In this document: in pieces, positions 39,021 to 48,343 of the stretch | How the letters are laid out: every line of letters begins with the position of its first letter | Numbering within the stretch: position 1 is the stretch's first letter | IMG/VR virus record: IMGVR_UViG_3300025133_000023 | Reading direction: 5' to 3' (one strand) | DNA length: 64,000 nt | Source: a virus | Notes under the pieces: model-generated | What the model saw: the letters and a program-made list of their open reading frames with translations, nothing else | What the model was told of the DNA's origin: nothing | Databases searched by the model: none | Program-made: the position numbers and the translations under genes

Positions 39021-40312
39021 TAACCTTTCCTCCTATTATTCATGGCAAAGACTAAGTCTCCTGTAGCCCCCATGTGGCCTCCCTTTACTCTTCTTCCTGA
39101 GAAGGTAGGGTTAACTTGTTTACTAGTATCTCTTGGGGCTGCGGAATTAAGAATCTGTTGACGACTCATTTGATGATGTTGCATATACATCTGGTTCATT
39201 TGCATTGCCTTATTGGCTCCACTTTTTCCAATGCCTACCGTTGCTCCACCAATAGCCGTTACTGCAAGCATGGCCATCATCTTCCGTGGGTTGTTCGCCA
39301 TCTTACCAACTGTCCATGCGCCAAGCCGTCCAAGCTTAGAACCACCAAGCCATTCAACACCACTAGCTACCCCTCGACCACCCTTGGCGGCTGTGTCGAA
39401 GATAGTATCAGCTCTGGTTGCGGGGTTCTGAACTTTTTTAAGAAAGTCATCCCCAGCAGGAAGGCCCTTTTCTGTTACCCAATCTGCGGCCCTACCAAAG
39501 GCTCCACTTTGGAAGCCCTTATGTATTCCATAACCAGCAGCGCCTATTCCAGCTATTCCCAGTCCTGCAATAACAGGATGATCCCACATAGTAACCGCTA
39601 AACCAAAAGCAGCAGCTGTGCCAACAGCAGCAGCACCCGCCTTTCCGAGCCTCTTAGCCGCAGGAGAGGTAAAGGCTCCTTTGACCTTACCTGGAAGGAG
39701 GTCGGCATGATACCAAGCCCTGCCTTCTCCAGGGGAGTGCATTACTGGAGAGCTGAGCTTTGCCTTGCTTCCACCTTTTGCTCCAAAGTCTTCGCCCATT
39801 TCAACAACGCTAGACATGTTAGCCGCACCTGGGCGTCTCTTGCTTCCACGCCACGGGTCTCGGCCTGCTGCTGTTGCTGCCTTAACGTCTCGAGTATGTC
39901 TTCGAAGGGATGTGTCGCGGGCCTCCCTATCCATAGCCATTGCCTGTTCGTACAGGAAGTCAAGACGAGCGCCACTGACTCTACCGAAGGGAAGGTTTCT
40001 CTTCTGCCGTACTCTCTTGTTGTGTAGTTTGTCAGCAAGGGTTCGGGCCTGGGATGGCGTTCTTCCTCGACCCTGAGTTCTTCCTCTAAAAGCTCCAAAA
40101 GCTTCAGCCCTACTTTCAGGACCCATAGAGAATTTACCCATGGAAACCCTATACCCAGTTGCACCATGAATGGGGTCTAGGAGAGCTCCAGTTCCAACAA
40201 AGGTTATCCCCGAGCGGCGGCGCTGGCCAGCAGGACTAAGGGGATCTGTAGGATTACGCCTAGGCCTTTGCCGATCAAGGAATCGTTTTCTTTCGTCAAA
40301 TGGGTTTGACAT
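39020..40312 (-). CDS. Gly/Arg-rich protein (possible internal/ejection protein)
   Basis: Two hydrophobic hairpins; C-terminus GHMGATGDLVFAMNNRR. Confidence 0.55.
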   Translation of the reverse strand: MSNPFDERKRFLDRQRPRRNPTDPLSPAGQRRRSGITFVGTGALLDPIHGATGYRVSMGKFSMGPESRAEAFGAFRGRTQGRGRTPSQARTLADKLHNKRVRQKRNLPFGRVSGARLDFLYEQAMAMDREARDTSLRRHTRDVKAATAAGRDPWRGSKRRPGAANMSSVVEMGEDFGAKGGSKAKLSSPVMHSPGEGRAWYHADLLPGKVKGAFTSPAAKRLGKAGAAAVGTAAAFGLAVTMWDHPVIAGLGIAGIGAAGYGIHKGFQSGAFGRAADWVTEKGLPAGDDFLKKVQNPATRADTIFDTAAKGGRGVASGVEWLGGSKLGRLGAWTVGKMANNPRKMMAMLAVTAIGGATVGIGKSGANKAMQMNQMYMQHHQMSRQQILNSAAPRDTSKQVNPTFSGRRVKGGHMGATGDLVFAMNNRRKG

Positions 40313-40314
40313 TA

Positions 40315-43300
40315 TTAACTACCTCCACGGTGGTGATTGATTGGTGATGAGAATTGGTCTTTTGAGGCTGCTGTTTGAGCACGGGCCATCCTCATTTTAC
40401 GCGCCTGACTTCTTGTTTTTGAAACTGCCCTCTGGAGATGTTTTCCTTCAATTTTAGCACCTCCAGCCTTTTGACTAAAAAAGCTTTTCGCATCAAGGTT
40501 CTGGAGAAGAGCTCCTTCCACAGCATCAATAGAACCCAAACCACTCAACATATCCCTATAGTCAGCTGGAGCAATTCTCCCTCGCCCTAGCCCATACAGA
40601 ACATTACTTGAAGGATCTCTTACCTTTTGGTGCCGAGAAGTCTCATAGGTTTGAGTCCGTGGTTCACCCCAAGGAGTCATACTAGTACTTGTTTCAGTTT
40701 TTGTTCTTAAAATCCTACCAGCTAATTCATCCTTATCAAGAGAGAGAACTCCTTGGGGAGTTAGCTCTGTTAACGGAATTCCCTTCTTTTCGAGTGTTGA
40801 CGTAAAGGTATCAAGGATTTCTTTGCTTATCTTATTATCATTGTAAGCGGCAGTTTCCCTGATTCCATCTGCTCTCACGCTAGAGAAAGTAAGAGGGTCT
40901 CTGAAGAAACCAGACCTAACCTTGTAGTCTCTTAGAATCATTTCGTTTTGAGTGGCCTGAGAGGCAAGGGCAGAAACAGGCTCATCTATGTTATCAGCAA
41001 CTCTTCTTCCCGAAGCTGTAAGGGTCGATCCAATATCCTTAGTCGCCCAAGTGTCAACCTGACCAGAACTATAGAGAAAACCAAGAGGGGTATTCTTGAA
41101 GATGAAGTCATGGCCTTCTTTAGCTGGATTAATTAAACTAGCTGAAATACCCCCTGTTCGAGCTTCCTCTGTAAACATTCCCTTAACTCTTGCTTCAAAT
41201 GTTTCTCTTCCCATAGAAGAGGCCGTTGCCGCTTCATCAAGAATAAGACCAGCAACAGCAAAAGGTTCGCCCCCAAAGGCTTCAGTATACTCTCCCTTAA
41301 GACTCTTAACTGTTCCTCGTGCTCCTGGCCCATAGGATGGAGAGGGTAGAGCTTTTTCTAAGTTCCTCTTACCCAATCCTCCCGACCTAAGGGCATCTCC
41401 CATAGGCCTAAGGCTGGACCAAAGATCCAAAACCATAGGAGCAATCTTGCCAATGCTGGGACTACCAAAACCAAACATAGGTCGATACTCACTAGCTATG
41501 CCTCCGTGCTGGAAACCCTGGATGTCGTTGTGGGCTCTTGGGTTACCCTTACGCTTAGCGCGCTTCTTGTTCCTAGAATTGAACCTTCCTACAGTAGAGC
41601 GAAGCCTAAAGCCATAGTCTACAAATTCCTGCTCATCCTCAATATAGCCTCGCTCATGGGCCCCCCAAGCAGACATAGTCATTTGCTGTAGGGCAGCATC
41701 CTTGGCCAACTTATCCATACGGGTCATGGTGTTAAAGGTGACTCTAGAACCAGCCTCATCCATGGCGATCTTCTGAGCTTGCCAGAAAGGATCTCCCCAC
41801 ATTCCGCTTCTAGATCCAGAAGCCACATCTTCAGCTCTTTGGAACTGACCTCTATCTACAATGGAAGAACCAGAGTCTCCGAAGGGAAGGTGAGCTGCCT
41901 GACCGCCTCGCACAAGCTGAAGGTTGATGTTTTGCTGGTCTTCACCATAGAGGAAACCAATCTGTCTACCGTAGGTGCTGGCTTCTGGATCATAGGCTAG
42001 AGTAAGGCTGCCTTGAGCCCTGATGATTTCTTCAAACTGTTCTGCCGACACCTTACCGTGAGGCTGGTCCTGACCAACACGAACTGGCTCTAGGGGATCG
42101 TTTGCGTGACCACCAGTTTCGGGAGCATCAATACCGGCAAGACGAATGGAGATTTTCTTTCCAGTACCAAAGCCTAGGAAGTTCTTTCTCCTAAGCATGA
42201 GAGTGTCGGCGTCATCGAACTCATACTTGTACTTGTCTTTACTAATGTCTACCACCGCCAGGCGCTTCTGTAGCATAGGGTTAACACCACTCAATAGAGC
42301 GCCTCCAGAGGCGTCCTGAATAGCCTTAACCTGTTCGGGGGTGTAGGTTATGCCTGCTCCTAGTGGAATCCTTCCTAGCTTACTCTGGGCCTTGGTCTGG
42401 GCCTCCTTGATCATCATCTGCTCTACGGCAAAACGACCTGGCTCCTGCCAGACATCTCGTTCCCACTTAGCCTGCTGAGCTCGATACTCTCGCTCTTGCT
42501 GAACACGGAAGAACCACGGAGTTCCCATTCCCTGATAGCCAGAACCGAATTCAGTATTCTGCTTACGCAGCTGAGGAGCTACACCAAGTTCACTCAATCC
42601 TTCTGCGACAAGACGCTCGTCCTTGTCTGGACTCATAAAGGACGTAAGGACTTCAAAGCCAATCACCGCAGCAGTGAGGGTACCTGCAGACTTAAAGGGA
42701 TACTTCCTCGCCAACAGAGCAGCACTGTCTCTAAGTCCCCATTTGCCAGCAGCATCCATCTTTGAAAGAAGCTTCTTGTTAAGCTGAGCTTCTGCCTCTA
42801 GGCTAACTCCAGTGTGCTTGAGAGCTTCAAGCTTGCTAGTGCGCATGCGATTGACTTTACTAGCCTCTCCGTCCCAGTCAAAGCCCTCACTGCCATTCAT
42901 GTGAACGGTCTTCAAATACTCAACAGCTTCACTCCATTTCTTTGTTCTAACTTTGTTGGCTACACTGATTGGGGTTGATCTAACAAACGGACTGCCATGA
43001 GTAAACACTGGGGCTTCCCAGCTTCTTCTCCCAGTAACTACCTCTACACCCTTGCCCGTTCTAATCTCTAGCTTGGCGTCGGCTAGGGCTCTACGAATGG
43101 CTCGATGCTTAAGCTCTGGTCTGACTGCTTCCAGTCTCTTCATTACTTGAAGATCGTCTTTGGCCCCGGGGGAAAACAAAGCGCCTATGGCCCCCATAAA
43201 CCCCTGGTTCAACCCACTCATTCTCTGATTTAGCCCAAGGAGCCCTCCTGGCGTTCCCGCCTTACCCAACCTAGGGCCAAACAACACCTTGGCTTCCTGC

Positions 43301-44043
43301 ACAACATCGCCTGCTGCACGGTGAGTTTCGGCTTCCATGCCCATTGCCATACCCATGACGTTAATTGAGGTGCCTGTGTAGGTGCCTTTTTGGGAGAAGA
43401 TTCCCAAGTCCATAGCCTGAGAAAACACACTCCTAGCTACGTCCTGAACATCCCTTACCTTGGTACTGGCTCCAGCTCCTGATTTGGCATATTGTTCAAT
43501 AACACTTGCCCAGTCTCCGGTAGCATAGGCAGCGCCTCTGGCAGCTTGGACTCGCCTACCAGTAACGTAGAACATGTTGCCAATGTTTCCCTTTCCTGCA
43601 GGGGCTGTTTGGAATTGCTTGCTGAACTTGACTAGTTCTTCATCACTTAGATGGTCTCTAGCCATTGCTCCTAGTTGTCGAGACTCAAAGGGTGCGTTGG
43701 CAATCCATACTTGCTTGCCTTGTATTTCTGCAAACAGTTCCCGTAGGAAGTTCCCGGGAGTAGATGATCCCTCAGCAAAAGAAGCGGCGATTCCTGCTCT
43801 GGTTGAGGGCTGTCCTTCGAACCTTGCTCTAGTCCATGGCTCCATGGACTCAGCAGCTGCGTCTGCAGCGATTGCTTCTTTCCCTGCATGTGGCCTAATG
43901 GACCACCTTCTTACTTTGCCGGTTTGTAAGTCATACCAAGCCGCTTCCCAGACGGGACTTCCTTTCTCAAGACCAAAGGTCTCAATATCTAGGAAGCCTG
44001 CATTAAGGGCAAATGGATGGATGTTCTTTAAATTTGACTTCAT
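40315..44043 (-). CDS. Multidomain protein: DEDDh 3'-5' exonuclease-like + SNase (thermonuclease) + unknown C-terminal domain, 1242 aa
   Basis: FLDIETFG, IANAPFE and THRAAGD (about 43300-44000); DDADTL, IRLAGIDAPE, STYGRQIGFLY, INLQLVRGGQA, AEDVASGSRSGMWG (about 41795-42216). Confidence 0.8.
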   Translation of the reverse strand: MKSNLKNIHPFALNAGFLDIETFGLEKGSPVWEAAWYDLQTGKVRRWSIRPHAGKEAIAADAAAESMEPWTRARFEGQPSTRAGIAASFAEGSSTPGNFLRELFAEIQGKQVWIANAPFESRQLGAMARDHLSDEELVKFSKQFQTAPAGKGNIGNMFYVTGRRVQAARGAAYATGDWASVIEQYAKSGAGASTKVRDVQDVARSVFSQAMDLGIFSQKGTYTGTSINVMGMAMGMEAETHRAAGDVVQEAKVLFGPRLGKAGTPGGLLGLNQRMSGLNQGFMGAIGALFSPGAKDDLQVMKRLEAVRPELKHRAIRRALADAKLEIRTGKGVEVVTGRRSWEAPVFTHGSPFVRSTPISVANKVRTKKWSEAVEYLKTVHMNGSEGFDWDGEASKVNRMRTSKLEALKHTGVSLEAEAQLNKKLLSKMDAAGKWGLRDSAALLARKYPFKSAGTLTAAVIGFEVLTSFMSPDKDERLVAEGLSELGVAPQLRKQNTEFGSGYQGMGTPWFFRVQQEREYRAQQAKWERDVWQEPGRFAVEQMMIKEAQTKAQSKLGRIPLGAGITYTPEQVKAIQDASGGALLSGVNPMLQKRLAVVDISKDKYKYEFDDADTLMLRRKNFLGFGTGKKISIRLAGIDAPETGGHANDPLEPVRVGQDQPHGKVSAEQFEEIIRAQGSLTLAYDPEASTYGRQIGFLYGEDQQNINLQLVRGGQAAHLPFGDSGSSIVDRGQFQRAEDVASGSRSGMWGDPFWQAQKIAMDEAGSRVTFNTMTRMDKLAKDAALQQMTMSAWGAHERGYIEDEQEFVDYGFRLRSTVGRFNSRNKKRAKRKGNPRAHNDIQGFQHGGIASEYRPMFGFGSPSIGKIAPMVLDLWSSLRPMGDALRSGGLGKRNLEKALPSPSYGPGARGTVKSLKGEYTEAFGGEPFAVAGLILDEAATASSMGRETFEARVKGMFTEEARTGGISASLINPAKEGHDFIFKNTPLGFLYSSGQVDTWATKDIGSTLTASGRRVADNIDEPVSALASQATQNEMILRDYKVRSGFFRDPLTFSSVRADGIRETAAYNDNKISKEILDTFTSTLEKKGIPLTELTPQGVLSLDKDELAGRILRTKTETSTSMTPWGEPRTQTYETSRHQKVRDPSSNVLYGLGRGRIAPADYRDMLSGLGSIDAVEGALLQNLDAKSFFSQKAGGAKIEGKHLQRAVSKTRSQARKMRMARAQTAASKDQFSSPINHHRGGS

Positions 44044-44081
44044 TGGGGCCTATGCTAGTACAGAAGGGAAGGAGTGGGCGA

Positions 44082-44954
44082 CTACTCTAGGGTATCATCC
44101 TCCTCATCATCCAGCACTTCAACAACCTCAGCTTCGATAAAGTCATCTCGTTCTTGAAGGCGACGAGCAAGATCTGCCATTACCTCTGTGAGCTCATTTT
44201 GACGACTAGTGCCAAGAGCTGCCTGGGCCTTGACCTTGGACTGCCTATCTCCAATCATGGCTCGGATTAGTTCCTGCTTCATGCGGTGGATCTTTTCTTT
44301 AAGCTCGAATGCGGGATGGAGGCGCTTGTTGGTGATTTCTGTCCCAGGATCATCGGTGCGGGGGTTGATGATAATGGTCGCTACCTCATCCATAATGATA
44401 GCCTCTTTGGCTAGAATTTGCGAGGCACGAGCGTCATATATGTCAAGTTCAGCTAATTTGCTAATGATCGACATGTCTGTGACGTTATTACTGTCACTGG
44501 GATCTACATTGAACTCCATGCACAGATCTTGCACCTTCATAGCAATGAGGGTGTTCTCATAGGGACACTGCTCAAACACCGGCCACTTGGAGTTGGCAGT
44601 GTCAATCACAGGCAGGCTGTCGTGACCACGCTGCGGCTTGTTTGTTTTTTTGTCCATGACAAACCTAGTCAAACCACACTGCCTACCTACTGGACACTTA
44701 ATCCCACCCGGACATATCATGGGAACCCTGGCGTGAAGCCCAGTCCGCAAACTTATCATGGAGTTCTTAAACCTTTCAGCTGTGGTTGGATCTAGTTCCA
44801 AATCATAGCTGGCAAGGGGGATTTTGAGGAACTTGAAGTACTCTTCCTTATCTATAGCTTTAGTAGAGGCTACGTCATGGGTGATTGTGTCAAGCCCTAT
44901 TGTTTTGACTAGAGTTGTGCTGCTGTTGTTGTCATTGTTGTTGTTTGATGACAT
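44082..44954 (-). CDS. Cys-containing hypothetical protein; possible terminase small subunit
   Basis: Start probably at 44954 (TAATG overlap). CPGGIKCP..RQC motif; helical C-terminus with acidic tail; upstream of TerL. The TerS call rests on synteny only. Confidence 0.4.
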   Translation of the reverse strand: MSSNNNNDNNSSTTLVKTIGLDTITHDVASTKAIDKEEYFKFLKIPLASYDLELDPTTAERFKNSMISLRTGLHARVPMICPGGIKCPVGRQCGLTRFVMDKKTNKPQRGHDSLPVIDTANSKWPVFEQCPYENTLIAMKVQDLCMEFNVDPSDSNNVTDMSIISKLAELDIYDARASQILAKEAIIMDEVATIIINPRTDDPGTEITNKRLHPAFELKEKIHRMKQELIRAMIGDRQSKVKAQAALGTSRQNELTEVMADLARRLQERDDFIEAEVVEVLDDEEDDTLE

Positions 44955-45208
44955 TATCTTTTGTTCCGTTCCCACTCACTGACAAGGTCTTCGTTCTCCC
45001 CTAGCCATTGGATGAACTCTTCCTGCTCGAGTTGTTCAAACAGCTTCTTTGTTTTCTTAGCATAGGCGCAGTTGTGATAGTAGGGGCCTCTGGAGGAGAA
45101 ATATCTATAGCGCCTAGCATGGCTATTCCACCAACGCCCACTTCTTTCTTCACCCAAATAGTTGAGCAAGTCCCCAAAGCCTTTAAGCTGATTGATTGTG
45201 ATTTCCAC
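44954..45208 (-). CDS. Hypothetical protein, 84 aa
   Basis: ORF track; coupled to the downstream gene. Confidence 0.5.
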   Translation of the reverse strand: MEITINQLKGFGDLLNYLGEERSGRWWNSHARRYRYFSSRGPYYHNCAYAKKTKKLFEQLEQEEFIQWLGENEDLVSEWERNKR

Positions 45209-45224
45209 GTGAGATTATTTCAGC

Positions 45225-45956
45225 CTAGGCATTGACACGAGTAAGGTCATACCTATATACGCGCGACTTACTAAGAGCATCCTCAAATCCCTGCTTCTGC
45301 CAGCGATCTTTTCTTCCCTGAAAGGCTTCAAACCTTGAGTAGCGGGCCCTTTGCATTGCATCAATCTTAGCATCCAATACTTCACCATAGATGAGCTTAC
45401 CATTGGTGAGCCTAAGCCCGGGGATTGAGATGTGCAACCAAGCACTACGGGCCCCTACTTCATAAATGGCCTGGCCAAACGGATTTGGACACTCTTCTCT
45501 CGCCCAGTCCCATAGCTCTCGTACAGGAATTCCACTAACCCTTACATCGGCGGCTTCACCTCTGCTGTGTTGAGAACGAGGCTTGTACTTTTTCTTAGCA
45601 TAGACGGATCTAATGTCAACATCGATGCCTTCCCACCAGTTAGTAGATTGATCTAGCTTGATGGTGTCTTGCTCTGCCCATCTCATTGCTGAGTTAATCA
45701 TTATGGGGCGCTTAAAGTAGTCCCTCATAGGCTGCAACAAGGTTGTGCAGAGTTTGGTAAGAGATGCTCGATAATAGTGCGCATAGAGGAAGTTAACCGC
45801 TTCCGTACGACCGGTACGCCACGTGTTGGCCATTTCCCATAGGGAAAAGTTGGGCGATAGTTTGTCTTTGCGACTGGCTTCTATAAAAGCAGGCGTAATA
45901 GAGCTAAGTTTAAGTGTGAATTGTGTCATTGGTTGTGGTTGGCTTAACTTCGTCAT
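45225..45956 (-). CDS. Peptidase M15-family endolysin
   Basis: LSPNFSLWEM, LQPMRDYFKRPIMINSAMR, SQHSRGEAADV, WLHIS; SD AGGAGG. Confidence 0.85.
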   Translation of the reverse strand: MTKLSQPQPMTQFTLKLSSITPAFIEASRKDKLSPNFSLWEMANTWRTGRTEAVNFLYAHYYRASLTKLCTTLLQPMRDYFKRPIMINSAMRWAEQDTIKLDQSTNWWEGIDVDIRSVYAKKKYKPRSQHSRGEAADVRVSGIPVRELWDWAREECPNPFGQAIYEVGARSAWLHISIPGLRLTNGKLIYGEVLDAKIDAMQRARYSRFEAFQGRKDRWQKQGFEDALSKSRVYRYDLTRVNA

Positions 45957-46392
45957 TGGTTGTTCTATTCCTCCTAAAGGGACCTTAGTTAGGAACCATG
46001 GGTAGATTCTATCATAAGATAAGATTCATATAAAGAAAAGAGAATTGGGTGAAAACGAGAGAGAAAAGCTTAATGAAAGCCTAATAGGGAAGTGAAAAAT
46101 GAAAAAGAGTATGGGAGTAGAGTTAAGTAAGGTTAGCTAAGCTAGGGTTGTCGGTTTTTCAAAAAAAACTTATGAAGTTGAGGAATACCTAATGAAATTG
46201 AGAAAAGCCCTATGGGGAAAGAGAAAAGTAAAATAAAATATCGGGGAGGGAGGTATAGAGAGACTAGGACTGTAGGGGTCCCAGTTTTTCGGAGACCCCC
46301 GGGGTCCATATCTGGCATGTAGTCAGGTCTGGTAATCCTAGGCGTCTCACGGGCAACCCTGCCCACTCACACTCTTGAAGGGAGTGTTACAC
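45957..46392. promoter_or_regulatory. Divergent control region at the strand and composition switch
   Basis: 436-nt non-coding gap; purine-rich plus strand at 46020-46260; GGGGTC/GACCCC/GGGGTC inverted repeats at 46275-46306. Confidence 0.6.
46369..46387 (+). promoter_or_regulatory. Conserved hairpin, copy 1 (ACACTC-TTGAAGG-GAGTGT), overlapping the SD
   Basis: Covarying stem shared with 48325, 55908 and 61333. Confidence 0.7.
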
Positions 46393-48177
46393 ATGGCTAC
46401 CATCGATATGTTCCTGTTCGTCCTCTTCGCCATCTGCTTCGCCGCCCCCACCGTCGCCTGGATCTTCCTCATCGTCACCGAGCGGGCCTCGACCTGCTCG
46501 CCCCTCCAGGTCGCCGTGACCTTCACCCCGCCCCTCCCCAGGTACAACGAGGTGGACTACGAGGTGGTGGATGTGTCCCCCATGCCCACCACCTACTCGT
46601 CCATCCTCTTCGTGCGCACACACGTACTGGACCTGCGTCCTGATGGTGATGTCGTGCTCGATGGTGAGTGGAGCATGGTCAAGGCTGAGGACAAGCAGTC
46701 ATACACCATGCGTGCCCATGGTAGCGTGGTGCGCTACCGCTACCACCACAACACCAACTACTCCCGTGCTGTCAACACACGCAGCACCCTCAGCACCACG
46801 ATCACCGTGCATGAGGAGAGGGTCAAGGTGCCTGTGCCCACCCTCACCCCTGAGCCCACCTACCACTACATCCTGGTAGGCAGCACGGCAAGTGAGCAGG
46901 ACATGGTGGACTACGTGTCCGCCTTCGACCTCGTGCTGTATCAGGTCTACCCTGGCTACATCGGGAACACCACTGTATGGGACTTCACCTCCAAGGACGA
47001 CCCGTACACCATCCACAGCTGGGTGTTCCTCGACAATCCCGAGCTGGTCATGGAGACAGAGGAGGAGATGTGGGAGCGCAAGGCTTCCCGTGTCCGTCCC
47101 TCTGCTGCCCTGGGTGTGCGTGGTAGCCACACCAAGGGGTGGAAGCACGACCGCGTGGCCCGACAGCGGTGCGTCTACAAGCACAGCATGGTGATGGACA
47201 AGCAGTGGGGTCACACCACCTACATGCCCACTGATGAGGATGTGCGTGCATGGCAGGCTGATGAGGATGTGCACGTGAGCACCCGCACGGTGCAGTCGAA
47301 CAAGCCCTCTCCTCGCAAGCCCCGGCAGAAGTACAAGGGCAAGGTTGTGCAGGCTGACATCCTCAACGCCGACTACCTCACCGACGCGGTCTGGGAAGCG
47401 AGGGAAGTCAGCAACGACCAGTGGAAGGCTGGTTGGTGCAAGTGGGACGAGATCGACATCGACCTCGAATGGGTCGATATGTCGAACGCCATCGACGCCG
47501 AGGAGCTGCTCCACCAGGGAGAGTGGCCCTTCGAGTTCCTCTGCGACATCTGTGGCAGCAACGCCTGCAGCTGCGAGGAGGACGACGACGGCGAGCACTG
47601 CTGTGGGTATGGTGAGTGCGACTGCGACTTCGGGGATGAGCGGTGCAGCCGATGCAGGCAGTGGTACGCCACGTGCTCGTGTGGTGGCTCGCTGGTCTCC
47701 GAGACCTGGGCCGAGTACGCCAAGAGGGAGGCCTACCTCGACACCGTGGTCGAAGGCAAGACCAACCGTGAATGGGAAGACATCCATAGCTCCCTCAAGG
47801 AGACGGATGAAGGTCCCGGCCAGCAGGCTGACGAGGACTTCAAGCCCGACATGGACGTGCTCTGGGCCAACGTGGTCAAGTCCTTCGAGCTGTTGGGGCA
47901 GTGGCCGTTCGAGTTCCGCTGTGACACCTGTGGGAGCAACGCCTGCTCCTGCGAAGAGGACAAGGCCATCAACGACCAGGAGGAGTACGACAAGGCCAAC
48001 AACCTGTGCCTGAACTGTCACCAGAACCCCTGTTGCTTCGACTGCGTCTACGATGACGATCCGCAGCAGGAAGAGGACGACTTCGGGGCAGAGGCCGAGG
48101 TCGCCAAGCGTAAAGAGGCCAAGACGGACTGGTCCAAGGTCACGATGGAAGACCCCTTTTCCATCACAGACTTCTAG
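46393..48177 (+). CDS. Acidic Cys-rich protein with N-terminal membrane anchor and a duplicated Cys module
   Basis: ATG 46393 after the SD; WPFEFxCDxCGSNACSCEED occurs twice (47524-47580, 47902-47958). Confidence 0.8.
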   Translation: MATIDMFLFVLFAICFAAPTVAWIFLIVTERASTCSPLQVAVTFTPPLPRYNEVDYEVVDVSPMPTTYSSILFVRTHVLDLRPDGDVVLDGEWSMVKAEDKQSYTMRAHGSVVRYRYHHNTNYSRAVNTRSTLSTTITVHEERVKVPVPTLTPEPTYHYILVGSTASEQDMVDYVSAFDLVLYQVYPGYIGNTTVWDFTSKDDPYTIHSWVFLDNPELVMETEEEMWERKASRVRPSAALGVRGSHTKGWKHDRVARQRCVYKHSMVMDKQWGHTTYMPTDEDVRAWQADEDVHVSTRTVQSNKPSPRKPRQKYKGKVVQADILNADYLTDAVWEAREVSNDQWKAGWCKWDEIDIDLEWVDMSNAIDAEELLHQGEWPFEFLCDICGSNACSCEEDDDGEHCCGYGECDCDFGDERCSRCRQWYATCSCGGSLVSETWAEYAKREAYLDTVVEGKTNREWEDIHSSLKETDEGPGQQADEDFKPDMDVLWANVVKSFELLGQWPFEFRCDTCGSNACSCEEDKAINDQEEYDKANNLCLNCHQNPCCFDCVYDDDPQQEEDDFGAEAEVAKRKEAKTDWSKVTMEDPFSITDF

Positions 48178-48210
48178 GCCCTACACCTAGTCGTCGCTCC
48201 CTTCAGGCCA

Positions 48211-48343
48211 CATCCATCCCAATGGGGTGGATGCTGCGCCTTAGTACCAGTGGTGTCCCAGATGGGGCATTACTGTTACTAAGATGCGGTATCCGACCGC
48301 TAGGGGTAATCATACCCCACCTTTGCACTCTTGAAAGGAGTGT
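48211..48343 (+). ncRNA. Structured leader with five consecutive hairpins, ending in conserved hairpin copy 2
   Basis: Stems at 48211-48233, 48241-48282, 48286-48300, 48303-48318 and 48325-48343; several G-U pairs. Confidence 0.55.

Noticed and set aside
291-45445. Many plus-strand and alternative-frame ORFs over the left arm (e.g. 1186-1899, 4033-4563, 29951-30637, 43574-44140)
   Set aside because: Shadows of long minus-strand genes; no SD, no recognisable motifs.
1-45956. Active TAG or TGA recoding in structural genes
   Set aside because: All structural ORFs are intact and tightly packed under the standard code.
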